Shown: positions 20,214 to 30,306 of the stretch, in pieces
How the letters are laid out: every line of letters starts with the position of its first letter
Numbering within the stretch: position 1 is the first letter of the stretch
Assembly: GCA_965226795.1 (NCBI GenBank)
Contig: CBDDDZ010000002.1
Location: forward strand, 416,001 to 480,000
Origin: Candidatus Latescibacterota bacterium
GTDB lineage: Bacteria; Latescibacterota; UBA2968; GCA-2709665
Reading direction: 5' to 3'
Length of the DNA: 64,000 nt
Made by a program: the position numbers and the translations under genes
Notes under the pieces: generated by a model
Told to the model about the DNA's origin: nothing
What the model saw: the letters and a program-made list of their open reading frames with translations, nothing else
The model's database searches: none

Positions 20214-21158
20214 CTAGCACCTCCCGCCCTCCGGCAGGGCCTGCCGTGCCAGCGCACGAACTTCGCCGGACCCCATACGAAGCAACCCGTCGATTCCGAT
20301 CACGTCGGCCCCTAAGAGCTGCGGACATTCCTGGGCAGCCAAATCGTAAGCTTCCAGGACATCGTAATTTACACCTCTGTATCGGTAGAGATGGCCCAGG
20401 CTCTCCAGCTGTCCGCTTCGTCTGAGCGAATTCGTTACGCCCATCTTGAAATAATACAACTGCCGATCTCTCTTGTCTCCCCACCTCAACGTATCCGGCT
20501 CAGGGATATACGCCATCAACCTGTCCAGTTCCGCCTGGAAGGCCTCGATCTGGCCATCGACCATCTCCAGCAGCCCCCGAAGGACCTCCCTGCGAGCGGC
20601 TTCTTTTTCATCTTGAAGCATATCCTGTAGCACCAGCGCAGCCTTGCCGTAAAACACGTAACGTTCACGCTTCCCCTCTCCGAACAGATCCATTTCAATG
20701 GCTTCGGCTTTGCGCGCCAGCTCCTCCAGGTCAAGGTGGTCATCGCCCACACCGGCGTAGTCGTCATCCGCACGCGCCACCTGAATTCCCACCAGCAACG
20801 CCCGCTCGACAATCTGCATCATGTTTTCCGCCGGATCAAAAGCCCTGAGGTTCCGGGACTGTTCTTCATGGGCGCCCATTCCGCCGGCGCCGTGTGTAAA
20901 CCCCCGACTGACCAGTACCTGTTCCGCCTCTATCCCCAGGCGGACCAACAATTCGCGCAGCACGCCGCCCAATATCGGATGGCTTGCGGCCGGCAGGTAT
21001 TCCTCACGGCCTTCGGTCACCAAATCCGCCACTTCTGCCGCCAGTGCTTCGTCGCCCTCAGGATGCACCTCGCTTCTCAAACCCCTTCCACGTGTCAGGC
21101 TGAAAACAACCACGAGAATCAACAGGACAATCAGAACGACATAGACCATTTGCGGCAT
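20214..21158 (-). CDS. hypothetical membrane-anchored protein
   Basis: 314 aa ORF with GAGGGAG RBS, N-terminal hydrophobic helix and an acidic helical remainder; no family recognised. Confidence 0.7.
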   Translation of the reverse strand: MPQMVYVVLIVLLILVVVFSLTRGRGLRSEVHPEGDEALAAEVADLVTEGREEYLPAASHPILGGVLRELLVRLGIEAEQVLVSRGFTHGAGGMGAHEEQSRNLRAFDPAENMMQIVERALLVGIQVARADDDYAGVGDDHLDLEELARKAEAIEMDLFGEGKRERYVFYGKAALVLQDMLQDEKEAARREVLRGLLEMVDGQIEAFQAELDRLMAYIPEPDTLRWGDKRDRQLYYFKMGVTNSLRRSGQLESLGHLYRYRGVNYDVLEAYDLAAQECPQLLGADVIGIDGLLRMGSGEVRALARQALPEGGRC

Positions 21159-21457
21159 TCTCCCTCTTACTGGTCAACATGACCTTCGGACGCAAAGAAG
21201 CACGAAAATTGTCGTTTTAACCGAAGGGTGATCCTCCAAACGTCCAGCATTCAGCGGTCAGCCCCCTCCCACCGGACCCCAACATTCGGTAAGAAGGTAG
21301 ACGTAGGGCGCTAGACGACCACACCCGGCCCCAACGGGCTTTCGCGCTTTTGCTTTTCTAACTTCCTCCGTCTCACGTCGTGCGTCTTGCCGTGGGTTGA
21401 GTAGGATGGGTGGGCCGACGGCGGACAGCTTGTATTCAAACCTGAATTACGCGGTTG

Positions 21458-23155
21458 CTACGCGCGGAACAGCTCCCCCAGGCGCCGGCCCAGGAACCGT
21501 CCGGCCATAAAGAGGCTGAGCATGAGAAGCAACATTCCCAGCATGCCCATTGCGCTGGCAATATATGGACCATCCGCGATCCTGCCCATCAGTGCGTAGA
21601 TTGCTTTTGTAATGGGGTAATATTGCGCCTTCAGCGCAAGTATCAGGCTATCACTGACCTCAAGCATGGCGAAAGAAAAACAGAGAATGGCCCCGGCGAC
21701 CAGATTGGCCAGAATGAGCGGGAAGGTAATCTGTAAGGTCGTCCGAAAGGGTGAAGCGCCCATATTCCGGGCGGCTTCCTCAAGGGCTACACTCGTTTGC
21801 TGGAATCCGGCGTAAGCCGACCTGACCATATACGGCAGCCGTCTAACCGTGTACGCTATAACAAGCAGTGGCACGGGATTGTGTCTTGCATCCAGAAAGG
21901 TGCCCGAATATCCCGCCAGATATCCGAAGGCCAGCACCGGACCCGGCAGGGCCAGCGGCAACATCGCAACCGCATCAAGCGCCCCCCTGAACGGGACGCG
22001 GGTGCGGGTAAGCAGATAGGCAATGGCTATGCCAAGTATCACGTCGCAGATTGTGCTCAACGTACTCAACATCAGGCTCATTGTAATGCTGGGGCCGGCT
22101 ATCGGATGCCGATAAACCAGCGGATAGTACTTGCCTGTGATTTCCTGGGGCCAGATCGACATAAACCAGCGCTCGGAAATCGAGGTAAGAAAAACGCTTA
22201 CGTGAGGGATCAGCGCAATAACCGTCAACGAAACCATAGTCGCATAGATTAGCGCGGTCATCCTGGTGGATGCACGACGCGTTGCTGACCCCACGTGTCC
22301 ACGCGCCACCATTTCGTACCGTTTATTGCCGAGTAATAGTTTGGACAGGTAGAAAAACAACACGGTCAGCAATACCAGGAATACCACGAGCGCGTATGCC
22401 ATGGGATTTTCATTGATGTCTGAAATGGCGTTGAATATCTCGACCATGACCACCTGCCGATAGTTGAAAATCAGCGGTGTCCCAAGGTCCGTAAACGCCC
22501 ATATGAAGACAATGATCGCGCCGGCAAAATAACCTGGCAACATCAGCGGAAAGGTTACGGTGCGAAACAGCCTGAAACCGCTGGCGCCCATATTGCGGGC
22601 GGCCTCCTCGAGGCTGGGGTCGATATTCGCCAGCGCCGCAGCCACGTTCAGGAACATGATGGGATAAAGGTGCAACACCTGCAGAATGACCACTCCCGTA
22701 AACCCGCCACCGAACCAATCGATCGGTTGATCGATGATTCCCAGTTGGATTAACAGCAGGTTGATGGATCCGAATCGGGCGAACATCTGTTTCATCCCGA
22801 TCGCGCCCACGAACGGCGGCAGGACCATCGGCACCAGGATCAGACCGTTCAGGAGGTTTTTCCCCCTGAAGTCGTACCGTACCAGCAAGAAGGCGATGGG
22901 CAGGCTCAGGAGTGTGGTTGCAATCGTCGTGAACATGCCCAGGCGGAAACTGTTCAGGATCATCTCCCGATAGACCGGATTGCTTGCCATCAGCTCAAAA
23001 AACACGAGCGAGATTTCTCCGTTCACCCACAGGGCCCGCACAAAAGCATACCAGAGCGGATAGAACAGAAAAAAAACAAAAAAGGCAAACAATCCCCCAA
23101 GAAAGAGGATCCTGGACCAGTTCAAGTCGTAACGATTAAGCAGTACTGTTTTCAC
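21458..23155 (-). CDS. ABC transporter permease, FbpB/ThiP-type (duplicated BPD_transp_1)
   Basis: Two EAA loops (LEEAARNMGAS twice) and about 12 TM segments. Confidence 0.9.
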   Translation of the reverse strand: MKTVLLNRYDLNWSRILFLGGLFAFFVFFLFYPLWYAFVRALWVNGEISLVFFELMASNPVYREMILNSFRLGMFTTIATTLLSLPIAFLLVRYDFRGKNLLNGLILVPMVLPPFVGAIGMKQMFARFGSINLLLIQLGIIDQPIDWFGGGFTGVVILQVLHLYPIMFLNVAAALANIDPSLEEAARNMGASGFRLFRTVTFPLMLPGYFAGAIIVFIWAFTDLGTPLIFNYRQVVMVEIFNAISDINENPMAYALVVFLVLLTVLFFYLSKLLLGNKRYEMVARGHVGSATRRASTRMTALIYATMVSLTVIALIPHVSVFLTSISERWFMSIWPQEITGKYYPLVYRHPIAGPSITMSLMLSTLSTICDVILGIAIAYLLTRTRVPFRGALDAVAMLPLALPGPVLAFGYLAGYSGTFLDARHNPVPLLVIAYTVRRLPYMVRSAYAGFQQTSVALEEAARNMGASPFRTTLQITFPLILANLVAGAILCFSFAMLEVSDSLILALKAQYYPITKAIYALMGRIADGPYIASAMGMLGMLLLMLSLFMAGRFLGRRLGELFRA

Positions 23156-24227
23156 CTTCGTCCTGTAGTATGGAAATCGCGTCCTGAGCGAACCGGATGG
23201 TGACCCGATCGCCCGGGAATGCTTTCTGAACCAACGGGTGGCGGTCTAACAGTTTCACCTGCGTCCCGTCGGGCAGGTCCACAACATACTGTTCCATCTC
23301 GCCAAGATAGATCGTGTTCCGGATCGTTCCGGATACGACATGATCTGCTTCGCCCGGCCTCCCCACGAGGAATTCCATGGCTTCGGGCCGAATGGCGCAT
23401 AACACGCGGTCGTCTTTCCGGATGCCGTCGTAACCCGGCCGGCCATAGAGCAACCCCGCAGGCGTCTCTACGCCGACTTTTTCGCCCAATCGCACAACCT
23501 TGCCCGAAAGCAAATTTATTTCACCGATGAAATCCGCGACAAATCGGTTGTTGGGCCGCGAATACAACGTCCGTGGAGCGCCCGATTGCACCACCCGCCC
23601 AGCCTGCATCACGGCGACACGATTGGCCATCGCAAGCGCCTCTTTCTGATCGTGGGTCACATAAATCATGGTGACGCCGAGGTTTCGATGGAGCGCCTGG
23701 ATCTCCTCCCGCATCTCCAGTCGCAAACGGGCATCGAGATTGGAAAGCGGCTCGTCCAGCAACACCACGTCGGGTTCGATCACCAGGGCCCGCGCCAGCG
23801 CCACGCGCTGCTGCTGTCCACCCGACAGCTGGTTGGGGGACCTGTCCCTGTAGGCTTCCATGCGCACCATTTGCAAAGCCAACCGGATCCGTTCAGCGCG
23901 TTTTTGGGGTACAATGTTGCGCATGGAAAGGCCGTATTCCACGTTTTTCCAGACCGTCATGTGCGGCCATAGGGCATAGTTCTGGAAGACCATTCCCGTG
24001 TTCCGCTTTTCGGGCGGTACGTCGGTGACGTCCCGGTCGTCAAAAAACACCCGGCCGTGTTCCGGTCTGTAGAATCCGGCGATCAATCTCAATAACGTGG
24101 TTTTGCCGCATCCTGAGGGTCCCAGCAGAAAGAAAAACTCGCCCTTTTCGATTTCCAGATCGACGCGTTCCACAGCGACGACGCTGCCGAATCGTTTTGA
24201 GACATCCTTCAGGCGAACACGAACCAT
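23136..24227 (-). CDS. ABC transporter ATP-binding protein, FbpC/PotA-type
   Basis: GPSGCGKTT, LSGGQQQRVALARA, DEPLSNLD and a TOBE-like C-terminus. Confidence 0.93.
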   Translation of the reverse strand: MVRVRLKDVSKRFGSVVAVERVDLEIEKGEFFFLLGPSGCGKTTLLRLIAGFYRPEHGRVFFDDRDVTDVPPEKRNTGMVFQNYALWPHMTVWKNVEYGLSMRNIVPQKRAERIRLALQMVRMEAYRDRSPNQLSGGQQQRVALARALVIEPDVVLLDEPLSNLDARLRLEMREEIQALHRNLGVTMIYVTHDQKEALAMANRVAVMQAGRVVQSGAPRTLYSRPNNRFVADFIGEINLLSGKVVRLGEKVGVETPAGLLYGRPGYDGIRKDDRVLCAIRPEAMEFLVGRPGEADHVVSGTIRNTIYLGEMEQYVVDLPDGTQVKLLDRHPLVQKAFPGDRVTIRFAQDAISILQDEGENSTA

Positions 24228-24304
24228 GGTTTGTCCTCAAGTCCGGAATTACTGGAGTCATTCCAATGGAGGACGGTCGCCGCCGGAGCCGAAACCCTTC
24301 TCCC

Positions 24305-25867
24305 TCAGGAACCGGAGTGTCGGCGACGGAACTCCCGCCAATACATGACAGATGCGCACGAAATGATCAACAGCACCAGAATCGGTGTTGGAACAATGAA
24401 GATGTCAAGGGCACTCAGTAGAATCACAACGCCGAGTACCGCGGGTACGAGGTACCGTCGAACCGTTCGGGGCGAGATCTTTTCGAGGTAGAGTACCATG
24501 GCGCCTGCAAGGCTCAGCGGAAACAGAAGTGTCAGCCAGTCCAGAAGACGCGTTTGAATCGGAGGCTGAACATCGCCGTATTTGTTGCGGGCGAATTTCG
24601 TCCATGCCGCCAGGGTTTTGTTGCGCAGTTCCGAGTCCCGCCAACGGGCACCCAGGCGGCCGCAGGCTTCCTCGCTGACGGGTACAGCAGAGAGCCGGCC
24701 AACGCTCCCGGGAGTAATTCCTTCTCTGATTGCCGTTTTCCAGGCGGTTTGAAGCTGTTCGTGGGAATCGATCACCATAACTCCGATCAGATCGTTTAAC
24801 ACGCGCCACCGGGCGGACGCTTTTTCCGAGTCATAGACGAGATCCGATGTCCACTCGAACGGGTTAAGCGAAACGGCGGCTTCATCGCTGTACCGCCGAT
24901 AAAGGTCGGGCAATACCGTAAACCTGTTCAATGCGGTTTCCACTGGGCCACCCGAAACTCCTTTTTTCAGAAACCAGAGTTTCTGGCCCGCATCCGACAT
25001 GACAAACTCGACGAATCTCCGCGCCGCCGGCAGGTTGGGTGCGCCCTTAAGGATGGCCAAACCGTCGGGATTGACGATGGTCAAATTGTCGGGCATCGTG
25101 AATCCAATGTATTCTTCTCCTACGTGGCTTACCTGGGCCCAGGCATAGAAGTCGATGGACAGACCGTAGGCCACCTCGCCAGCGGCAACATCCTTGGGCG
25201 CCTGGGAGCCGCCGGAGGCGAAGTTGCGGACATTGGCCCCCAGCGTGGTAATGACCTCCCAACCCCGCTCCCAACCGTATGCCTGCAGCATCAACTCATA
25301 AGCCATGTGCACGCTGCCACTGCTTCTGGGATCTCCCGACCCCACCCACGAAAACAACCTCGGATCTCCCAGATCGGCCCAGGTTCGGGGTATCGGCAGT
25401 TTCACAAGCTTGAGTACGGCCCGGTTGTACACAATTCCGAAACCCGCCAGGGTGGCGCCGTACCAGCGGTAATCGGGATCGTATAATGGCACGCCGCCGA
25501 TCTTTTGTGGCAAACGATCCAGTAGATCGAACGGAAGGCGATGAGCCGAGCAGAGGCCCAAATCGGCAATTTCCATAAACGGATCCATGCCTCCGCCGAA
25601 GAAAATATCGATACCGATTCCACCCGGCGCCCGTTTGTACTCCGATTTGATATACCTCAGAATCGAACTCGTGCCGCCTCCGACGTTGAGCCATTCCAGG
25701 ACGATCTCCCGGCCGGTCAGCCTGGCATAGTGAGATTTAAACGCCGTCTCGAATTCGTTCTGTACGCCGTCCGGATGTGGCGAAATCAACACCAGCCGAT
25801 CCATCGCGAAAGGAGTGGCGGGATAGAGGGCACAGAAGCAAATCAATGGTAGAATTCGAAACTTCAC
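24305..25867 (-). CDS. extracellular solute-binding protein (Fe3+/AfuA-like) with C-terminal TM extension
   Basis: Signal peptide, LISPH, DIFFGGG, DPRSSGS and PDGLAILKGAPN; hydrophobic C-terminal tail. Start chosen at GTG 25867. Confidence 0.85.
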   Translation of the reverse strand: MKFRILPLICFCALYPATPFAMDRLVLISPHPDGVQNEFETAFKSHYARLTGREIVLEWLNVGGGTSSILRYIKSEYKRAPGGIGIDIFFGGGMDPFMEIADLGLCSAHRLPFDLLDRLPQKIGGVPLYDPDYRWYGATLAGFGIVYNRAVLKLVKLPIPRTWADLGDPRLFSWVGSGDPRSSGSVHMAYELMLQAYGWERGWEVITTLGANVRNFASGGSQAPKDVAAGEVAYGLSIDFYAWAQVSHVGEEYIGFTMPDNLTIVNPDGLAILKGAPNLPAARRFVEFVMSDAGQKLWFLKKGVSGGPVETALNRFTVLPDLYRRYSDEAAVSLNPFEWTSDLVYDSEKASARWRVLNDLIGVMVIDSHEQLQTAWKTAIREGITPGSVGRLSAVPVSEEACGRLGARWRDSELRNKTLAAWTKFARNKYGDVQPPIQTRLLDWLTLLFPLSLAGAMVLYLEKISPRTVRRYLVPAVLGVVILLSALDIFIVPTPILVLLIISCASVMYWREFRRRHSGS

Positions 25868-26044
25868 GGCTGGTCCCCTGGCATCGATTCTGGTGTTAAT
25901 TCCCTTCCTGCAAACCCGGTCGGAATGGTACCGAAGCGCCCCATCCATGTCAATTTCTTTTTATGGTCATCCGGCTTTGCGCAAAATAAAAACGTCTCAG
26001 TCCGCAGGACTGAGACGTGTGTGCCAGGCGATGAGACAGACGAT

Positions 26045-27235
26045 TCAGGGTCCGATATCCTCGACTCTTCCGATCTTGTTTCCGGATGGATCGGTAAACC
26101 AGATCCCGCCGTGCCGATCAACCGTCAGCCGTCCGACGCCTGAGACCGAAGACGGCAACTCAAGAATCCGAACGCTGGACGACTCGGGATCGAATCGCGC
26201 GATATATTTCGACTCATCACTCGCATACCAGATGCGCCCGTTCAGGTCCACGGCCAGGGAGAGTGGATCGGGCCCATCTTCAGGCAAGATATAGCTCACG
26301 AAATTCCCGGTCGCCAGGAGGTCCCACATGTGCAGCTGATAGGAATTCGTGGAAAACCAGATCTGTCCCCCGGCATCCAATACGAACTGTCTTATGGTCA
26401 AATCCTGGACGGGTACCGCAATCTCCACGATCTCTTTCGTTTCCGGATTCATCCGGCCGAATTTCCCGGCGGTGCGTTCCACAAATACCAGCACGCCGTC
26501 ACTATCGATCAGAATCTCGTCCAGACCTGCAGAGGAGGTGAACACAGGATACTCATCGAACGTACCGCGATCGGGATCGAAACGACCAATCTGGTTACCC
26601 GATTCCTGCGGGAACCAGAGATACCCCTTGCGGTCGAAAACGAGACCGCTCGGCCGGCTTCCCGGCGTGGGTACGGAATACATCCGGATTTCTTCGGAAA
26701 TCGGATCGAGCCGGCCGATCGCGTTTGCAACGATATCCGTGAACCAGACAATCCCGCGGCCGTCAACGGCAAGCCGGGCCGGCCGGCCGCCGGGGGTCGG
26801 CAACGGATATTCAGCGAATGTTTCAGTTGACGGATCGAAAAGGCCGATCTGGTTTGCGCCCATCTGCGTGAACCAGACGCGGCCCAGGACGTCCACCACG
26901 ATATCCTGAGGCTGGCTTCCCAGCGTTGGCAACGCATAGACATCCACGGAACCTACAGCGGGTTCCCCATCTATATGAGAATGCATCACCGTATGCTGGG
27001 CTTTGTCGTAAAGGCGCGCGAAGATCAGGAAATCCTGCAGATCGACGGAGCCGTCGCCGTTGAGGTCAAACCGCGTGTCCCCGGTTCCGAATGCCTGCGC
27101 CAGGAGGACAAAATCCCCGAAGTCGATCACGTCGTTATCGTCGAAATCGATGTCGGTAGTGGTCTGCGACAATGCGCTCGATATCAGGATGCCGACCGAA
27201 AACATCCATACCAGGATTTTTGGACGGATACTCAT
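26045..27235 (-). CDS. secreted virginiamycin B lyase (Vgb)-like beta-propeller with N-terminal paired EF-hand/dockerin-like module
   Basis: Signal peptide, DFDDNDVIDFGDF...DLNGDGSVDLQDF, then repeated G.VWFT...N.IG.FDP blades. Confidence 0.8.
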   Translation of the reverse strand: MSIRPKILVWMFSVGILISSALSQTTTDIDFDDNDVIDFGDFVLLAQAFGTGDTRFDLNGDGSVDLQDFLIFARLYDKAQHTVMHSHIDGEPAVGSVDVYALPTLGSQPQDIVVDVLGRVWFTQMGANQIGLFDPSTETFAEYPLPTPGGRPARLAVDGRGIVWFTDIVANAIGRLDPISEEIRMYSVPTPGSRPSGLVFDRKGYLWFPQESGNQIGRFDPDRGTFDEYPVFTSSAGLDEILIDSDGVLVFVERTAGKFGRMNPETKEIVEIAVPVQDLTIRQFVLDAGGQIWFSTNSYQLHMWDLLATGNFVSYILPEDGPDPLSLAVDLNGRIWYASDESKYIARFDPESSSVRILELPSSVSGVGRLTVDRHGGIWFTDPSGNKIGRVEDIGP

Positions 27236-27286
27236 CTGTTGTTCACACTCGAATTCCGCGCGATACGTGGATAAATGACTCCAGAG

Positions 27287-28768
27287 TCAACCGGGTCGGT
27301 TTCCGGCTCGGGCCAGTTCAAAGATTCCCCTGGCGGCTTCCAGGCGCACGCCCGGTTCCGCGTTATTGAGGTATGACCGAAGCGTCTCCAACTGTTTCAA
27401 ATCGCGCGACTGTGCCAATCCTCTCAGAGCCGCTGCCTGAAGGATCGCTTCTTCGCTCTGTTCAAGGATTTCCTTCAACGCCCTGTGCGCCTCCCGGAGC
27501 GTCATCTGTCCAAGCGCTTCAACAATGGTTTCTCTGGTTTCCAGCGACACGTCCTGTTGAAATGCCCACATTAGAACTACGACCGACTCCCCATCGTTGA
27601 TATTACCCAGAGCCTGCACTATCGCCCGCCGAACGGAATATTCCTTGCTGTTGGAGAACGCATTTTTCAGGGCCGGGATCCGCCTTGCATCACCGATGAT
27701 TCCCAGGATCTCAGCCGCCCGCCGTCGAAACGGACTGTGCACACTCTGCAAATCGTCTTCCAGTTCCTCTGAAATCCCGGCCCCGTGGCCGAGCGTTGCC
27801 AGGGACCACGCCGCGCTGAGCCGGAACGGTTGACTCTCGGGGCTGTAAAATGCGGACCGCAGGAGGTCCACGGCCGTTGAATCCTGAATCCACCCCAATC
27901 CCTCCGCGGCCAGCTCCCTGTCGAGCGCGTTTCCCTCCTCCAGCAGCCGCTCCTTGAGATAGGCGCCAATCGAACTTGCGGACAGTCCCCCCAGCGCTTC
28001 GAAACAGCGGATACGCAGGGACTGTTGCCAGGTGCTCTGTTTCGCCACCACCTCCAGGTGGGTCCTTGCTTCCGCCGTCCCGAACGTCTCCAGAGCCTCC
28101 ACCATGACCAGTGCCGTTGAGAGCTGTTTCGTCGAAATCAATGTATCCGCAATTTCGGGCAGGCTTTGCACGTCTGACAGTCCTGCAAGCGCCAACACGG
28201 CGGCGGACCGCACAACCGGATCCTGATCGTCCCGGAACGCCTGCCGCAGCGCCGGGGTGGTATCCCGGCTGCCCAGTTGACCGAGCGCGGCGGCGGCATT
28301 GAAACGGACCATGCTAAACTCGCCATTCCGGAGCGTCTCGGACAGCCACGGAATCATTGTACCGGGATTCAAGCGTTCAAGCGCCGCCGCTACCTCCACT
28401 TTCACGAAAGCGCTCCCGGTTCTTTCGAACAGACCCTGGAGAGCGCCAACGGCCTCCAGAACATCATGCTTACCCATTGCCTCGACCGCTCGCAGGACCA
28501 CGATCTCATCGGGATGGTTCAACAGGCCGGTAACTGCCGCTCCCATGTCCGCGCCGTCCAATTCCCCCAGCGCCGTTACCGCTTCCGCAACGAGGGCGCC
28601 GTCCAGTTCACCGTTGTGAACAAGACCGCGCAATGCGTTTAATGCGTCGTTTTCGGCGAGTTCCACGTCCTGTCGGCTTACGCCGCAACTCCACGCCGCA
28701 ACGCAGAACAGAATCATCCACACACACCGCGAACCCGGCCTCGGCCGCCCCCGTATTGGCTCACACAT
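27287..28768 (-). CDS. HEAT/PBS-lyase repeat protein, probable lipoprotein
   Basis: Repeated VR..AA.ALG units throughout and an AWSC lipobox-like signal. Confidence 0.8.
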   Translation of the reverse strand: MCEPIRGRPRPGSRCVWMILFCVAAWSCGVSRQDVELAENDALNALRGLVHNGELDGALVAEAVTALGELDGADMGAAVTGLLNHPDEIVVLRAVEAMGKHDVLEAVGALQGLFERTGSAFVKVEVAAALERLNPGTMIPWLSETLRNGEFSMVRFNAAAALGQLGSRDTTPALRQAFRDDQDPVVRSAAVLALAGLSDVQSLPEIADTLISTKQLSTALVMVEALETFGTAEARTHLEVVAKQSTWQQSLRIRCFEALGGLSASSIGAYLKERLLEEGNALDRELAAEGLGWIQDSTAVDLLRSAFYSPESQPFRLSAAWSLATLGHGAGISEELEDDLQSVHSPFRRRAAEILGIIGDARRIPALKNAFSNSKEYSVRRAIVQALGNINDGESVVVLMWAFQQDVSLETRETIVEALGQMTLREAHRALKEILEQSEEAILQAAALRGLAQSRDLKQLETLRSYLNNAEPGVRLEAARGIFELARAGNRPG

Positions 28769-28770
28769 CC

Positions 28771-30165
28771 CTATTCCACTCCCACCGTGCAGCGAAACCC
28801 GACATCGGACCGTCTTTCATTGGGTTCTGCCCAACTCGCGCCGGTACATTTCGCCCGTTTTTCGTCGTCAAGCCACGACCCGCCGTATATGGCACGGAGT
28901 TCTCTGTTTTTCCCATACCATCCGTCCACCCACTCCCACACATTACCCACCATATCCTGAACGCCATAAACGTTGGGGGCTCCTTTTGCCACTTCCGCGG
29001 CCCCCGCGTCCCAGGCCAGACCGGTCCGGCCCCTGGAGGGATCGTAACGCTTGCCGTAGGAATAGATATTGCCCGCCTCACCCACACAGGCCGCGACCCA
29101 TTCTTCCGACGTAGGCAGCCTCTTCACGAGTGAGCCGCAGTAGGCCTGCGCCTGTTCGTGCGTTATTCCGGTGGCCGGCATCCTTGCAGCGTCGGAAAAT
29201 TCATCCGGCCTGTAAGACGCGTCGAACGCCCGAAACGCCTCGACGCTGACTTCGTGCGGATCTATATAGAAAGTCCGGAAAGCAGAGGTCTCGATTTTCA
29301 GCATGCCTTTGACCGTTTCAGCAAAAGCAGCTGCTTTCCGCTCCGCCTCGGCCGCCCGGGTCTGTTCTTCCGCAAGTTCGGCATCCCGGGCAGTTTTTGC
29401 CTTTGCTTCAATCTTGGCCATCCGGGCCGCCTCTGCGGCCTTAATCGTGGCCTTGCGGCGGGCGGCTTCCCTGCGGACGCGCGTCTGAACGCTTCGCCGT
29501 GCGTCTGCCTCCGCCTCGGCCAAGCGAATCCGATCGGCGCCCGTCAGCGATCGGGCGCACCGAAATCCGTAATTGATCGATTTCAGTTCGACTTTCGCCC
29601 GCCTCGCGGAACCGCACCGCGTCGACCTGGGACCATCCGTCCACGAACCGCCGTACACCTTCTGCATCTCACCTTCGCCGTCGTCCACCCACTCCCACAC
29701 ATTTCCAGACATGTCGTACAGCCCTACCCCGTTTTTTTCGAAGCTCATCACCGCTTTGGGTCCGTCGGTCCAGGTTCTCCGTCCCACACGCGCCAGATTG
29801 GGGTCGTAATTGTTTCCGTAGGAGTACGCCGATCCCTCCAGGCCGCCGCAGGCCACGACCCATTCCTGGGACGTAGGCAGCCGTTTGCCCTGCGCTTCAC
29901 AGAACGCTTTCGCCTGTGTGAACGGGATTGCGGTGGCAGGTATTTTCGCATCATCGAAATAGGTGTATGCCGGGTGATAGTCGGGATCGAATGCCTTCAT
30001 CTGTTTGACCGTCACCTCGTGCCTGCTCATGTAAAAGCGTTCATGTCCGGTCTGCACCAAAACCATTTCTTCTCCCCGCGACTGAGCAGGAATCGCTGCC
30101 GGGATGAATCCAACCGAAATTGCGATCGCCAGACGTACCGCCCTGTTCCAAAAATATGTCACCAT
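28771..30165 (-). CDS. secreted protein with two FGE-sulfatase (SUMF1) domains joined by a charged helical linker
   Basis: Two copies of RLPTSxEW...DMxGNVWEWV...GGSW...GFRC and an Ala/Glu/Arg-rich linker. Confidence 0.85.
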   Translation of the reverse strand: MVTYFWNRAVRLAIAISVGFIPAAIPAQSRGEEMVLVQTGHERFYMSRHEVTVKQMKAFDPDYHPAYTYFDDAKIPATAIPFTQAKAFCEAQGKRLPTSQEWVVACGGLEGSAYSYGNNYDPNLARVGRRTWTDGPKAVMSFEKNGVGLYDMSGNVWEWVDDGEGEMQKVYGGSWTDGPRSTRCGSARRAKVELKSINYGFRCARSLTGADRIRLAEAEADARRSVQTRVRREAARRKATIKAAEAARMAKIEAKAKTARDAELAEEQTRAAEAERKAAAFAETVKGMLKIETSAFRTFYIDPHEVSVEAFRAFDASYRPDEFSDAARMPATGITHEQAQAYCGSLVKRLPTSEEWVAACVGEAGNIYSYGKRYDPSRGRTGLAWDAGAAEVAKGAPNVYGVQDMVGNVWEWVDGWYGKNRELRAIYGGSWLDDEKRAKCTGASWAEPNERRSDVGFRCTVGVE

Positions 30166-30306
30166 TCTCCCGCCGATGCATCCCGGCTCGCTGCGTTGCC
30201 TTCGCTGGCCGATCTTGCACAGGTCGCCTCGCTCAGGCGCCTTGCGAGCCGGGCGACTCGTCGGCCGAATTTCGGCAATCTATTCCCGGGACAGAACAGC
30301 CGCACC

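Noticed and set aside
28771..30165. Diversity-generating retroelement targeting the FGE/CLec domains
   Set aside because: No reverse transcriptase in the window, and the two domain ends are not an adenine-specific TR/VR pair.
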